A DNA stretch of 64,000 nt from Octopus sinensis (GCF_006345805.1 NC_043025.1:6510001-6574000); one strand, 5' to 3'. Shown: positions 13,192 to 25,599, counted from the stretch's first letter. Numbers and translations: made by a program. The notes: generated by a model not told the origin, from the letters alone.

Positions 13192-14640
13192 TCAAGGCTG
13201 AGTAAAAAGCAAGCAACGTTTTGAAACATGAAATTCATCACAATATATTTCAACAAGGCAGAAATTTTATTCATCAAAGTAAGTGCCATTACAATCAACA
13301 GATTTTTGCCAACGAGTTACAAGTTTGTTTATTCTGGTAACATAAAAATCTGGTGTTCTGGAGCTGATGAACTCTTTGAACACACTTTCAGCATTGGTTT
13401 GATTTTTGAATTCCTCTCACAGGAATGTGGGTGCTTGAAAAAGTGGTAGTCAGCGGGAGAAAGGTCTGGGGAATAAGCTGGATGGGGAAGAGCTTTGTAG
13501 CCAAGTTCCCTCAACTTTTGGAGTGTCATTAGTGAAACGTGTGGTCAAGCATTGTCATAAAGAATGATTGGCCCTCTTCTGTTGACCAGTCTGGGATGGA
13601 GGAGTAGCAGTTTTTCATTCATTTTGGCAATATGTTTCTGCAGTAATGGTCTTTCTGGGTTTTAAGAAGTTATAGTGGAGGAGTCCAGCAGTACACCACC
13701 AAACAGTCATCATAAGCTTCCTTTTGAAGATCTCGGGATAGAGATGCTTTTTGGTTCTTCATTTTGGTCCAACCACTGCAAAAAGAATATTTTCTTATTA
13801 TTGTCAGGATCCACTTTTCATTGCAAAATGGATTGGTCTGGTTACAGAGAAGAAGCAACAAGCAAATTTCATATCTGCACATTTTCTGATTTTCATTTAA
13901 ATCGTGTGGTACCCATTTACTCTTTTTACTTGTTTCAGTCATTTGACTGTGGCCATGCTGGAGCACCGCCTTTAATCGAGCAACTCAACCCCGGGACTTA
14001 TTCTTTTGTAAGCCCAGTAATTATTTTATCGGTCTCTTTTGCTGAACCTCTAAGTTACGGGGACATAAACACACCAGCATCGGTTGTCAAGCAATGCTAG
14101 GGGGACAGACACACAAACACACACACGCATATATATATATATATACATACATATATACGACGGGCTTCTTTCAGTTTCCGTCTACCAAATCCACTCACAA
14201 GGCTTTGGTCGGCCTAAGGCTATAGCAGAAGACACTTGCCCAAGATGCCACGCAGTGGGACTGAACCTGGAACCATGTGGTTGGTTAGCAAGCTACTTAC
14301 CACACAGCCACTCCTGCGTCAAACTTTTTTGTTTTTCCGATACCATGTAAATGGTTGCAAGTCTTTAATTGACCGTCATTGATGACGGATGAACATCCAA
14401 CTACGCTCACGATCTTCAAGGCTCAGGCCTCCACTGTGAAATCGTTTCAACCATTTTTGAACTGACCACTCACTGGTCCACTCACTGGTCCACTCACTGG
14501 TCATTTCCTCACCAAATGTTTTGTTGATATCATGAGACATTTCAGCTGCTTTACGCCTGTTTTTGAAGTTGAATAGCAAAATTGCTGGAATATCGCACTT
14601 CCACAGTTCCATTTCAGATGATTGTAACAATGGGGGGAAA
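13192..14640 (-). pseudogene. Decayed mariner transposase, split by a family A SINE (~13915-14318)
   Basis: Fragments MELWKCDIPAILLFNFK...SVQKWLKRFHSGGLSLED, WVPHDL, CNEKWI, LPHPAYSPDLSPADYHFF and INKLVTRWQKSVDCNGTYFDE* (stop at 13267-13269); WVPHEL and YSPDL are mariner signatures. Confidence 0.9.
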
Positions 14641-14682
14641 AATATCAATGTTAATTTATTGATGCATTTGGAAAAGCCTATA

Positions 14683-15092
14683 CTCTTACTCTTTTACTTG
14701 TTTCAGTCATTTGACTGCGGCCATGCTGGAGCACCACCTTTAATCGAGCAACTCGACCCCGGGACTTATTCTTTTGTAAGCCCAGTACTTGTTTTATCGG
14801 TCTCTTTTGCCGAACCACTAAGTAACGGGGACATAAGCACACCAGCATCGGTTGTCAAGCAATGCTAGGGGGACAAACACAGGCACACAAACACACACAT
14901 GCACATATATATATATATACATATATATACGACGGGCTTCTTTCAGTTTCCGTCTACCAAGTCCACTCAGAAGGCTTTGGTCGGCCCGAGGCTATAGTAG
15001 AGGACACTTGCCCAAGGTGCCACGCAGTGGGACTGAACCTGGAACCATGTGGTTGGTAAACAAGCTACTTACCACACAGCCACTCCTGCGCC
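14683..15092 (-). mobile_element. SINE family A, full-length
   Basis: Head, body and tail motifs. Confidence 0.9.
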
Positions 15093-15350
15093 TATGTCTG
15101 TCTTATCAGACAATTGCAAAAAAATGTTTAATAAAAATTTTTTAAAACTGCAAAAATCCAGTCGAAATTCTTCATGGTTCAAAATGTTGTTTACTCTTTA
15201 CTTAACCTGATAATATATTTTAATTAATGTGTTATACGATGCAGTACAGTACTCTATTTTTGTTTATTAATTTTTAGGTGTGAAATAAATATTAATTTTA
15301 TTAATTTTTGGGCATTAAATAATTAAAATCTAAAACGATATGAATACATA

Positions 15351-15512
15351 GGCGTAGGAATGGCTGTGTGGTAAGTATCTTGCTTACGAACCACATGGTT
15401 CCAGGTTCAGTCCCACTGCATGGCACCTTGGACAAGTGTCTTCTGCTATAGTCTCGGGCTGACCTTGTGAGTGGATTTGGTAGACAGAAACTGAAGAAGC
15501 CCGTCGTATTAT

Positions 15513-15546
<34 letters not shown>

Positions 15547-15775
15547 AATATATATATATTATATGTGTGTGTGTGGTGTGTGTGTATATGTTTTGTGTTT
15601 GTCCCCCCAACATCGCTTGACAACCACTGCTGGTGTGTTTACGTCCCCGTAACTTAGCTGTTCGGAAAAAGAGACTGATAGAATACGTCCTGGGCTCGAT
15701 TTGCTCGACTAAAGGTGGTGCTCCAGCATGGCCACTGTCAAATGACTGAAACAAGTAAAAGAAAGAAAGAAAGAT
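15351..15775 (+). mobile_element. SINE family A, full-length
   Basis: Head GGCGTAGGAATGGCTGTGTGG through the (GAAA)n tail. Confidence 0.85.
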
Positions 15776-15780
15776 ATATA

Positions 15781-16176
15781 TCTTTATATATAAAAGAGAA
15801 GTTGTGTGTCTGTGTCCTACGATTTAAATTCCTAACTACTCCCACATTTTGCGGTGCAGTTTAACCTAAACCTGGGTATCTTATAGTTGTGATTCATATC
15901 GAGCCCTTCTGGGTATTAGCGCGCGTCTACGATGAGTCTACGATTTTAAAAATAATTTACCATCATTTTTTTTCATTTTGATGCATTTTTTCACTATTAT
16001 ATAAGGGAAGTAACTCTCTAAAAATGTCTACGATGAGTCAACGATTTAAAAAATATTTACCATCATTTTTTTCCATTTTTTTAATGCATTTATTTGCTAT
16101 TTTTTGGCTATAACTCTCTAAAAATGCTTTATAGTTATTTCCCTACAAAACCCGAGCAACGCCGGGCGATACAGCT

Positions 16177-16178
<2 letters not shown>
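15781..16178 (+). mobile_element. Non-autonomous Helitron (same family as 11251)
   Basis: A|TCTTTATATATAAAAG...CCCGAGCAACGCCGGGCGATACAGCTAG. Confidence 0.8.
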
Positions 16179-16228
<50 letters not shown>

Positions 16229-16426
16229 CATTCTCAAATCTTCATTCACGCCACAAAACCCCTTCGAATGAACAACACAGAGTCCATGGCTCCATACTTT
16301 GAAATGACTAAACATGAACTACTATTGCAACTTGTATACCATGTACAAGAAACTTTTTTTTTTTACTACTTCTATGCACCACTTAACTCGAATAATGGAA
16401 CTGCAACTACAATATTTTATATTTCA

Positions 16427-16936
16427 CTAGCAGTATCGCCCGGCGTTGCTTGGGTTTGTAAGGGAATAACTATATAAGCATTTTTAGAGAGTTACTTCCC
16501 TATAGATGCCAATTCGGGCTTTCTTAGCCATTTTGTTTTGGTGTCTTCAAGCCATGAAGTTGTTGTTCTAAAAAACGCTGGTCTCCTTGACAACGCTTTA
16601 CGACGTTGATTTCCTTACACTCCCTTCCCCACAGCTTCACGAGGGAGGGAAGAAGGGGGAGAAGCAACACAGGTGCAGGTGTGACCATGGACGCCAACTC
16701 CGCCGCCATCGACACACGAAAAATTATGCATTAAAATGGAATAAAAAATTATGTTAAATTATTTTTAAAATCGTAGACTCATCGTAGACGCGCGCTAATA
16801 CTCAGACGGGCTCGATATGAATCACGACTATAAGATACCCGAATTTGGTTAAACTGCACCGCAAAATGTGGGAGTAGTTAGGAATCTAAATCGAAGGGGA
16901 CAGACACTCACACAACTACAGTTTTATATATATAGA
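16427..16936 (-). mobile_element. Non-autonomous Helitron with a ~220-bp unique internal segment
   Basis: Minus strand A|TCTATATATATAAAAC...CCCAAGCAACGCCGGGCGATACTGCTAG|T. Confidence 0.8.
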
Positions 16937-17041
16937 TTTCTACTTTCGTTCTTTTATTTCCCTCTATATTCCCTATCTCCTCCTTTTCCATAATAATTCC
17001 TCGTTGCAAACTCAAATATTTACCTCTAACCATCTCACATC

Positions 17042-17089
17042 GTCTCTGATGAAGGGATGTGCATAATATCCCAGAAACAGCTGTAAGGC
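17042..17089 (+). ncRNA. Type I hammerhead ribozyme motif, near-canonical, in a Penelope-like terminal repeat remnant
   Basis: GTCT-CTGATGA-A-GGGATGT-GCATA-ATATCCC-A-GAAA-CAGCTG-TA-AGGC. Confidence 0.65.
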
Positions 17090-17261
17090 TATATCTCTTT
17101 CTCTATAAATGTCCTGAAAACTCCTCTCAGCTTTGGCTTAGTTATCTCATTTTGTCTAATATATATATATGCTCAAAATGTGACTGCGTGTGTACTGTTG
17201 GCGATTTAAAAATTTTTTTTTTTATTCCGTCTTCCCTTCTTTGGATCTTTCCTTTTCCTAT

Positions 17262-17296
17262 GTTTCTGACGAAGAGCTCCACTCGAAACGCTAAAC
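17262..17296 (+). ncRNA. Degenerate minimal type I hammerhead motif in a Penelope-like remnant (~17230-17390)
   Basis: GTTT-CTGACGA-A-GAG-CTCCA-CTC-GAAA-CGC-T-AAAC; U16.1 is mutated to C; sister copy at 53567. Confidence 0.5.
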
Positions 17297-17476
17297 CCTC
17301 CTTCTTCCTGAGCGTCCAATAACACTATACTTGTTCCACGTCCTCGCGTTGTTGTGTTTTCTCTTTGTGTTTTCATGTTTGGATGAACCATATATATATA
17401 TATTTAGTAGCAATGTAGAGACATTACAACAATCAGCAATATAACTAGTGGAAAGTAGGAAAGTATTGTGAATATA

Positions 17477-17895
17477 GGCGCAGGAGTGGCTGTGTGGTAA
17501 GTAGCTTGCTAACCACCCACATGGTTCTGGGTTCAATCCCACTGCGTGGCATCTTGGGCAAATGTCTTCTGCTATAGCCCCGGCCGACCAATGCCTTGTG
17601 AGTGGATTTGGTAGACGGAAACTGAAAGAAGCCTGTCGTATATATGTATATATATATATATATGTGTGTGTGTGTTGTGTGTTGTGTTTTTTGTTTTTGT
17701 CCCCCTAGCATTGCTTGACAACCGATGCTGTGTGTTGTTTACGTCCCCGTCACTTAGCGGTTCGGCAAAAGACACCGATAGAATAAGTACTGGGCTTACA
17801 AAGAATAAGTCCCGGGGTCGATTTGCTCGACTAAAGGCAGTGCTCCAGCATGGCCGCAGTCAAATGACTGAAACAAGTAAAAGAGTAAAGAGTAA
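17477..17895 (+). mobile_element. SINE family A, full-length
   Basis: Head, body and tail motifs. Confidence 0.9.
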
Positions 17896-18186
17896 TATAT
17901 GATCTAATGTGTGTGTGTGTGTGTGTGCAACTATATATTATATAACCACAGAACCAGCCAACCATCTTCCACTGACTTGTCTGCTGGGTAAAAAAACTAT
18001 GAACGCTGCGGTAGGGAATATCTTTTTATAGCAACAGCAAATTGCAGAATACAGGTTAGATACACGTGTGTGTGTGTGTGTGTCTATTCATACACACACC
18101 ACACACATCTATATCCACATATGCATGCTATATACATTTGTACATACATTCACACAGATATACCACACCTTAACCTTTCGCATGTA

Positions 18187-18195
18187 TATCCATCG

Positions 18196-18226
<31 letters not shown>

Positions 18227-18490
18227 TGTATGAGTGTGTGTATGTATGTATGTAGGTATGTATGTATGTATGAGTGTGTGTGTGTGTATGTATGAATGTA
18301 TGTATGTATGTATATGTATGTATGTATGTATGTATGTATGAGTGTGTGTATGTATGTATGTATGTATGTATGTATGAGTTTGTGTGTATGTATGTATGTA
18401 GGTATGTATGTATGAGTGTGTGTGTATGTATGAATGTATGAGTGTGTGTGTGTGTATGTATGTATGTATGTATGTATGTATGTATGTATG
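18187..18490. repeat. (TATG)n microsatellite
   Basis: Directly visible. Confidence 0.9.
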
Positions 18491-19221
18491 CCAGTGAAAC
18501 TTTACGTGCCCCAGGTGAGGATCGATCTCACGACCTTCAGATTTCTTTAACTTGATTTTGAGACTGACGCGCTTGCCTACTATGCTACCAAGGCCATATA
18601 CACCACACATATATATACAACACAGACACACACACCACATACACACACACACACATATATATATACACACACATACACACACAGGTAGAGAGTAATGTAA
18701 AAACTTTACAGAGGATATATTATAAATAATTAAGATTATTTATGAATATATGAATATAATTTATGAATATAATGAATATGAATATAATGACGGTGCCCCA
18801 GCATGGCCACAGCTCATGAGCTGAAACTGGAAAAATCAAAATCAAAAAATCAAAAAATAAAAATATCAATGGCCAAACATATTATCATAAAATATAAAGA
18901 AGAAAAAACGTTTATAATTATGAACAAGTCACAATTAAAACTAAGAGGGTTAAAAACGACCCTTACATGTTAAAAATAGCAGCCAAAACCGCTTTAAAGC
19001 CATTATATCACTCATTTTTTCTTCACGATAAAAACTGTTTTCGGGCGACGTGGCAAATAGAATCACTAACTTGAAAATAACTGGTTAATTCCCTATTGCA
19101 ATTTCAGTGTTGGGGTCTTCTTAAGGGACCCATTCACCTCGTCAAGGGAATCTATACATAGAAATCAAAACAAGACTTTACCTTTGGCTAGATGCCCTTC
19201 CTAACACTGACCACCTAACAC

Positions 19222-19456
19222 TTATTTCTTTATTGCCCACAAAGGGCTAAACATAGAGGGGACAAACAAGAACGGACAAAGGGATTAAGTTGATTACATC
19301 GACTTCAGTGCGTAACTGGTACTTAATTTATTGACCCCAAAATGATGAAAGGCAAAGTCGACCTCGGCGGAATTTGAACTCAGAACGTAACGGCAAACGA
19401 AATACCGCTAAGCATTTCGCCCGAAGTGCTAACGTTTCTGCCAGCTCGCCGCCTTT
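19222..19456 (-). mobile_element. SINE family C inserted in a family B remnant, 14-bp TSD
   Basis: TGACCACCTAACAC at 19208-19221 and 19457-19470. Confidence 0.85.
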
Positions 19457-20263
19457 TGACCACCTAACACTGACCACCCCGCAGAGTGGACTGAGTGCTG
19501 TTTATGTGGCAATGGGTACATGTCTTTGTGTTTGTCCACCACCTCTGTTTGATAACCAGTGTTGGTGTGTTTATGTCCCTGTAACTTAGCAGTTCAGTAA
19601 AACAGACTGACAGAATAAGTACCAGGCTTAAAAAAAAAAAAACATGTACTAGGGTCAATTTGTTTGACTAAAATTCTTCAAGGTGGTGCCCCAGCATGGC
19701 CATTGAAACAAGTAAATGATAAAAGATACCATCATTTAACATACTTTCCCATGGTTGCATGGGTCACACATTAGTCCCTGGGTTGGTTTTCTATGGCTGG
19801 ATGCCCTTCATAAAGTCACCCCGCTACCACCTGTTTCTAAGAATGGGGATAATCTCCCAGACTATTGACCAACAAACAACCTTAACATGGGCAGAAGTGG
19901 AAACAAATGGCTCTCTATGAATGAGGAATTTTTGTTTTTTAAAGACTCTGCAATGTGTCAAGACATGTCAATAAATCCCAGAGATGCTCCCGTGGTTGAC
20001 TGCAAGCAAAGGACGCTGTCTGCACAAACAGTGAGACCTTTGTTTGCAATCAACAGCCACATGTGATGACGAGGGGAAACAGGAGCATACATACACACAC
20101 AAACACATTAGGTTTCAGTAATACCAACAGGAAAAAAAACAGAGCATGAAATGTGTAGATTTTTTTTATATTGTTAATTTGTTCTTGTTTTTTGTCATGC
20201 ACAAAAGTCTTCGTACTTTTGTCACTACTGCTGGTTGCTTAAATCATATATGTACATATATAA

Positions 20264-20493
20264 GGCGGTGATCTGGCAGAAACATTAGCATGCCAAGCGA
20301 AATGCGTAGCCGTAATTCGTCTGTCGTTACGTTCTGAGTTCAAATTCCGCTGAGGTCGACTTTGCCTTTCATCCTTTCAGTGTTGATAAATTAATTACCA
20401 GTTGTGCACTGGGGTCAATGTAATCGACTTAATCCCTTCGTCTGTCCTTGTTTGTTCCCTCTGTGTTTAGCCCCTTCTGGGTAGTAAAGAAAT
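20264..20493 (+). mobile_element. SINE family C monomer, followed by a family B copy (~20511-20810, minus)
   Basis: GGCGGTGATCTGGCAGAAAC head and body motifs. Confidence 0.8.
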
Positions 20494-20880
20494 TATATAT
20501 ATACATATATAATCATCATCGTTTAGCGTCCGCTTCCCATGCTAGCATGGGTTGTACGGTTCAACTGGGGTCTGGGAAGCCAGAAGGCTGCACCAGGCCC
20601 AGTCTGATCTGGCAATGTTTCTAAGGCTGGATGCCCTTCCTAACGCCAACCACTCCGAGAGTGTAGTGGGTGCTTTTTACGTGCCACCGGCACAGGTGTC
20701 AGACGAGTCTGGCAAACGGCCACGATCGGATTGTGCTTTTTATGTGCCACCGGCACGGGGGCCAGGCAAGGCTGGCAACAGCCACGAACGGATGGTGCTT
20801 TTTACGTGCCAATATATTTATTACGGAGATGTACTTGCATAGCGAGTGACTTGATCTGAGATCGTGTGCTGGAACGAAAA

Positions 20881-21034
20881 CAATTGCAGTGTGGAAGGTG
20901 TTTATAAGCCATTTAAGCCGTTACTTGTTGCTTGAGAAAAATAACAGCTAAGCAACAGCTCCATTTCATTAAGTGAATCTAATGGTTTTGTATGTTTCTT
21001 AAATGGCTTATAAACACCTTCCACGCTGCAATTG
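20881..21034. repeat. 37-bp inverted repeat pair with an 80-nt spacer
   Basis: 20881-20917 is the reverse complement of 20998-21034 with one mismatch (G.U-compatible). Confidence 0.9.
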
Positions 21035-21075
21035 TATATATATATGTGGCAACATTTGAAATTTTGTCTAGGTAT

Positions 21076-21146
21076 ATGCAGCTGATGAAGACAAATAAAA
21101 TCTACATTGTCAAACGTATTTGAAGAGTCTGAAACCGGTCCTGCAT
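21076..21146 (+). ncRNA. Type I hammerhead ribozyme with canonical core
   Basis: ATGCAG-CTGATGA-AGAC-[34 nt]-GTCT-GAAA-CCGG-TC-CTGCAT: 6-bp stem I, 4-bp stem II, palindromic stem III ACCGGT, GUC cleavage triplet. Confidence 0.75.
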
Positions 21147-21840
21147 TATCCGTTTCTAGGTTTTTCATTTTTCAGATGTTCTACCTAGAGGTATGACAAA
21201 TTTTTTTCATGTTTGTTGCACACACATGGCTGTGTGGCAAGTATCTTGCTTACGAACCATATGGTTCCAGGTTCAGTCCCACTGCGTGGCACCTTGGACA
21301 AGTGTCTTCTACTATAGTCTCGGGCTGACCTTGTGAGTGGATTTGGTAGACAGATACTGAAGGAAGCCCGTCGTGTATATCCCTCTCTCTCTCTTTCGGA
21401 GAGGCACAAGCACCTACACGTACATATGCACACACGGCAGTAACTTCCACCTACCGAATTCAATCACAAAGCTCCGGTCAGCTCGGGGCTATAGTGGAAG
21501 ACACCTACCCAAAGTGCCACGCAGTTGGGACTGAACCCGAAACCATGTAGCTAGGAAGCAAGCTCCCTAACCACACAGCCATGCCATATATTATATATAT
21601 ATATACTTTGCTAGTATATACGCAGTGAAGCTATACAATAGCGTCGTATTTATTACGATCGCTATTTTCCAGTAAATATCGGTGCTTCGTTGTACCATTT
21701 ATTTACTTTTATATATATATATATATATCAAAAGGATGTGTTATAATACTATTCCACAGCCATACCGTATTGGCCTTTGTCTTTCCCTTGGGTAACACTG
21801 GAGGCCAGTATGCATGGGCGACTGCTGGTCTTCCATAAAC

Positions 21841-22072
21841 CTATTTCTTTATTACCCACAAGGGGCTAAACATAGAGAGGACAAATAAGGACAGGCAAAC
21901 GGATTAAGTCGATTACATCGACTCCAGTGCGTAACTGGTACTTAATTTATCGACCCCGAAAGGATGAAAGGCAAAGTCGACCTCGGCGGAATTTGAACTC
22001 AGAACGTAATGGCAGACGAAATACGGCTACGCATTTTGCCCAGCGTGCTAACGTTTCTGCCAGCTCGCTGCC
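21841..22072 (-). mobile_element. SINE family C inserted into an older SINE remnant, 10-bp TSD
   Basis: TTCCATAAAC at 21831-21840 and 22073-22082; the host remnant matches the tail of 54685-54950. Confidence 0.85.
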
Positions 22073-22724
22073 TTCCATAAACCACCTTGCCCAGACTTGT
22101 GACTAGGAGGGTAACTTTCTAGGTGCAATCCCATGGTCAGTGATGGATTTCTTTCAGTTTCCATCTACCAAATTCATTCACTAGGCTTTGGTCAGCCCAA
22201 GGTTATAGTAGAAAATACTTTCCCAAGGTGCCACGCAGTGGGACTGAACCCAGTACCATGTGGTTGGGAAGCAAGCTTCTCACCGCACAGCCACACCTTC
22301 AACTGTGCATGAATTCCAAACAGATGTGAATAAACAAACATTACATTTGACAGAAGAATCTGAATGCTAAAGGGTTTAATCATACCATTCCTCTATCCAC
22401 ACCACCTCTCATTCTTCCAATAGCATTGCTCTCTCTCTCCCTCTCCCTCTGCCCCGCCCCCGTTTCTTTCTTGAGTTACCTGAGCAAATGTACACACCTT
22501 TAATGAGTACCCTCTAGAAATGCACTAATGTTCCTATCCCCACTTCTCTTAAATTTCTAACTTTTTTCCTTTTTGCTTGTCATCACTCTCTCTCCCTTTT
22601 CACTTTGTTTTACATATTTTGGGTCCCTGAATCCCTCCTGCATTTATTTACTCCACACAAGGACACCCTGCCACATCTGTTCACATTGCCCAATGGTTGT
22701 ATGAATGTTTAGAGAAAGGGTATG

Positions 22725-22824
22725 NNNNNNNNNNNNNNNNNNNNNNNNNNNNNNNNNNNNNNNNNNNNNNNNNNNNNNNNNNNNNNNNNNNNNNNNNNNN
22801 NNNNNNNNNNNNNNNNNNNNNNNN
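22725..22824. other. Assembly gap (100 N)
   Basis: Run of n characters. Confidence 1.
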
Positions 22825-23242
22825 AAGATTTATCTGCTCGGGGTGAGGATAAATAGATAAATATATATATTTACATATATATATATATATATTATATATA
22901 TATATATAGAAATATATATATATAATATCACAGACAAGCTCCCATCAACACAGACACCCATGCCTTTACCTGGGTAATCTGTCTGTCTGTTGCATACGTA
23001 TACTTCACATACACACGCATGCATTCATATATATGTATCGTGTGTGTGTGTGTATTTATATTGTACATGTAGATAGAGATATAAGCAAGAAGTTCAAAAT
23101 GGTACTCAGTGTAAAGATGTAACGGTTATTTATGCTTCTATATTTGTATCCAGTCTGATGAGCGGGGAACGTAAAAATTCAAATAATTAGACTTGAGGTG
23201 CCAGCCGTCATAACCATATGCATGTGTGTCTATGTATATCTC

Positions 23243-23648
23243 TTTTACTCTTTTACTTGTTTCAGTCATTTGACTGAGGCCATGCTGGAGTACTGCCTTT
23301 AGTCGAGCAAATCGACCCCGGGACTTATTCTTTGTAAGCCCAGTACTTATTCTATCGGTCTCTTTTTGCCGAACTGCTAAGTGACGGTGACGTAAACACA
23401 CCAGCATCGGTTGTCAAGCAATGCTAGGGGGGACAAACACAGACACACAAACATATACACACACACACATATATATATACATATATACGACAGGCTTCTT
23501 TCAGTTTCCGTCTACCAAATCCACTCACAAGGCTTTTGGTCGGCCCGGGGCTATAGCAGAAGACACTTGCTCAAGATGCCACGCAGTGGGACTGAACACG
23601 GAACCATGTGGTTGGTTAGCAAGCTACTTACCACACAGCCACTCCTGC
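23243..23648 (-). mobile_element. SINE family A, full-length
   Basis: Head, body and tail motifs. Confidence 0.9.
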
Positions 23649-23796
23649 AACTATATGTATCATCATTTGATTTCTGCTTTCTATGCTGGCATGGGTTGGT
23701 GGGTTTGACAGGAGCTGGCGAGGAAGAAGAGTGCACCAGGCTTCAAGGCCTGTTTTGGAAATGTTTTTATGGCTGGATGCCCTTCCTAACACCAAC

Positions 23797-24024
23797 TTAT
23801 TTCTTTACTACCCACAATGGGCGAATACACAGGGGACAAACAAGGACAGACACACGGATTAAGTCGATTATATCACCCCAGTGCATAATTGGTACTTATT
23901 TAATCGACCCTGAAAGGATGAAAGGCAAAGTCAACCTCGGCGGAATTTGAACTCAGAACGTAACGGCAGACGAAATACGGCTTTGCATTTCGCCCGGCGT
24001 GCTAACGTTTCTGCCAGCTCGCAG
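23797..24024 (-). mobile_element. SINE family C inserted in a family B remnant, 14-bp TSD
   Basis: TTCCTAACACCAAC at 23783-23796 and 24025-24038. Confidence 0.85.
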
Positions 24025-24201
24025 TTCCTAACACCAACCACCCCACAGAGTTTGCAATTCAGAGACTGAATGCTTTTCACATGGTACAAGCACAGGCAAG
24101 GTCAGTTTTGACAGTTTTTACAGCTGGATGCTCTTCCAAATACCAACTGCCCCACAGAATGGACCGAGTGCTTTTTATGTGGCACCAAGCATTCTGCACA
24201 G

Positions 24202-24798
24202 TGGTTGGATAGAGACGAAGTGCCAAAGCACATTCCAAAAGAAAGAATTCACCAAAAACCTAATGGTGTCTGTTTGGTGGTCCAGCATTGGTGCCATCCA
24301 CTACAGTCTCATGAGACCTGATAAGTCAATTACAGGTGATGTATACATCAACCATTTGGATGAAATGACGAATGAACTTCCAATTAAACAACTGAGATTG
24401 GTCAATAGAGACAGACCAATTCTCTTGCAAGACAATGCTTGACCATATGTTGCCCAAAGAACGCTACTCAAGTTACAGGAACTGAACTTGGAACTACTCT
24501 GTCGTCCACCATATTCACCAGATCTTGCACCAACTTATTATCACATTTTCCAGGCAACAACTTAGCAAAGGAGAAAACTTCAAATCTGAAGAAGATGCAA
24601 AAACAGTCTTTTATGATTTCATCACCTCTTGCTTTCCAGAATTCTTTGCTGCTGACCATGAAGAAGCTACAGATAAAATGGCAAAACTGTGTTGATAATT
24701 TAGGTGCATACTTTGATTAATTGCACTGCTTTTTGTTGAGATAAAGTAAAATAAACTTTCAGTTCAAAATTGGATATTTCTTTCTTAACGAAATGATA
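24202..24798 (+). pseudogene. Decayed mariner transposase, catalytic-domain to C-terminal fragment
   Basis: LMVSVWWSSIGAIHY...RPILLQDNA*PYVAQ...PPYSPDLAP...WQNCVDNLGAYFD*. Confidence 0.9.
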
Positions 24799-24814
24799 TG
24801 TAAATATATATATA

Positions 24815-25143
24815 TATCATCATCATCATCATCATCGTTTAACGTCCGTTCTCCAATCTAGCATGGGTTGGACGGTTCGACCGGGGATCTGGGAAGCCAG
24901 AAGGCTGCACCAGGCTCCAGTCTAATCTGGCAATGTTTCTACAGCTGGATGCCCTTCCTAACGCCAACCACTCCGTGAGTGTAGTGGGTGCTTTTTACGT
25001 GCCACCTGCACTGGTGCCAGGCGAGGCTGGCATCGGCCACGGTCGGATTGGTGCATTTTACGTGCCACCTGCATGGAAGCCAGTCGAGGCGGCACTGGCT
25101 TCGGCCACGATTCGGATGGTGCTTTTTACGTGCCACCGACACC
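24815..25143 (-). mobile_element. SINE family B with internal ~61-nt tandem units
   Basis: (CAT)n tail, GGATGCCCTTCCTAACGCCAACC, repeated TTTTACGTGCCACC units. Confidence 0.8.
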
Positions 25144-25419
25144 GTATATATATATATACATACATACATATAGACATATAAAATATAATATACATACATA
25201 CATGTGTGCGTACAGGTACACAACAACTTTCAGGACACTGGTGGGTTAGAAACTCTAAACAATCTTCGCTAATTTGCATTAATTAATAGGAGCCTGTAAT
25301 TCATTCAATTATTTAAGCAAATTTAATATTTGTTTCATTTAGAGTGTATTCACCCAAATGACCACCCCAGGTTCAGAAAAAAATCAGATATACATACACA
25401 AATACATACATGTGTGTGT

Positions 25420-25502
<83 letters not shown>

Positions 25503-25568
25503 GTGTATATATCATCATCATCATCATCACGATGATGATGATGATGATATATACACATATATATATAT

Positions 25569-25599
<31 letters not shown>

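Noticed and set aside
23150-23195. CTGATGA-containing hammerhead candidate; similar relics at ~31205-31260, ~35259-35300, ~45425-45475 and ~63746-63800
   Set aside because: Each lacks G12, the core or a closing stem; they are probably decayed Penelope-like termini but cannot be called ribozymes.
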